Shown here: positions 36,306 through 36,984 of the stretch, piece after piece | Position numbering within the stretch: the stretch's first letter is position 1 | How the letters are laid out: every line of letters starts with the position of its first letter | Source of the DNA: Octopus sinensis | Lineage: Eukaryota | Assembly (NCBI RefSeq): GCF_006345805.1 | Contig: NW_021835902.1 | Coordinates: 1-36,984, forward strand | Length of the DNA stretch: 36,984 bases | Direction: 5' to 3' | Notes under the pieces: generated by a model | The model's database searches: none | The model's input: only the letters and a program-made list of their open reading frames with translations | What the model was told of the DNA's origin: nothing | Translations under genes and position numbers: made by a program

Positions 36306-36604
36306 TGGAAGCACTCCGTCGGTTACGACGATGAGGGTTCCGGTTGATCCGACCAACGGAACAGCCTGCTCGTGAAATTAACGTGTAAGTGGCTGAGCAC
36401 TCCACAGACACGTGCACCCTTAACGTAGTTCTCAGGGATATTCAGCGTGACACAGAGAGTGACAAGGCCGGCCCTTTGAAATACAGGTACAACAGAAACA
36501 GGAAGAAAGAGTGAGAGAAAGTTGTGGCGAAAGAGTACAGCAGGGATCACCACCACCCCCTGCCGGAGCCTCGTGGAGCTTTAGGTGTTTTCGCTCAATA
36601 AATA
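36306..36604 (-). mobile_element. Interspersed repeat, probably a LINE 3' end or SINE body
   Basis: GC-richer block AAGCTCCACGAGGCTCCGGCAGGGG...CGTAACCGACGGAGTGCTTCCA, recalled as an abundant octopus repeat. It has no second copy in this window. Confidence 0.45.
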
Positions 36605-36644
36605 CATTACATATACATGCATACATACTATTTCTTTACCAAGT

Positions 36645-36699
36645 AAAATATGGAACGCTTCACGAATTTGCGTGTCATCCTTGCGTAGGGGCCATGCTT

Positions 36700-36733
<34 letters not shown>

Positions 36734-36739
36734 ACTGCC
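36645..36739 (-). pseudogene. U6: U6 snRNA copy lacking about 11 nt at the 5' end (probable retrocopy)
   Basis: Minus-strand GGCAGTACATATACTAAAATTGGAACGATACAGAGAAGATAAGCATGGCCCCTACGCAAGGATGACACGCAAATTCGTGAAGCGTTCCATATTTT. ACAGAGA box and ISL are present, with 2-3 differences from vertebrate U6. A microsatellite, not a promoter, lies upstream. Confidence 0.93.
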
Positions 36740-36984
36740 CATACACACACACACACACACAAGGCTTCTCATTCATTTATAGTTTCGATAATTTGTCTGC
36801 GGCCAGTGAATGCGGCTACTGAATGGGTTTTAGTGGTCTCCACACGCCTCTTATACAATATTTGAATCGCTGAGTATCTAATCTTTTGCACATGTTGCTA
36901 TATCTTAGATATCAAGTATCTAGTTTCATGTGTTAGATCTGATTAAGGAGATATCTTTCATATTACAGCAGTAAATATCATACG

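Noticed and set aside
1-36984. CRISPR arrays, rRNA, intact tRNA genes or prokaryotic systems
   Set aside because: None seen. Tandem repeats lack unique spacers, and the tRNA-like boxes belong to SINE heads.

Overview
AT-rich, microsatellite-saturated eukaryotic non-coding DNA. The repeat families resemble those I recall from octopus genomes; this is an inference, not a search result. No host protein-coding gene can be supported. The window contains five pieces of one Tx1/L1-clade LINE family, all on the + strand and nearly all bounded by (ATCT)n tracts. One of these is a nearly complete ORF2 with a twin-priming-type 5' inversion. Also present are an R4/Dong-like LINE end embedded in (TAA)n, a CR1-like LINE end, and Penelope-like terminal repeats carrying hammerhead-ribozyme-like folds. 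There are about eight copies of a tRNA-headed SINE, plus a second SINE with a 15-bp TSD whose tail matches the Tx1 tail. DNA transposons are represented by a full-length dead mariner, other Tc1/mariner/pogo fragments and a small non-autonomous Helitron. A 5'-truncated U6 snRNA retrocopy lies near the right end. The most interesting signals are (i) apparent microsatellite-targeted retrotransposition, (ii) hammerhead-like motifs with non-canonical cores in four unrelated repeats, and (iii) a shared 3' tail linking LINE, SINE and possibly the U6 copy. Most ORFs in the supplied track are simple-repeat or SINE artefacts.
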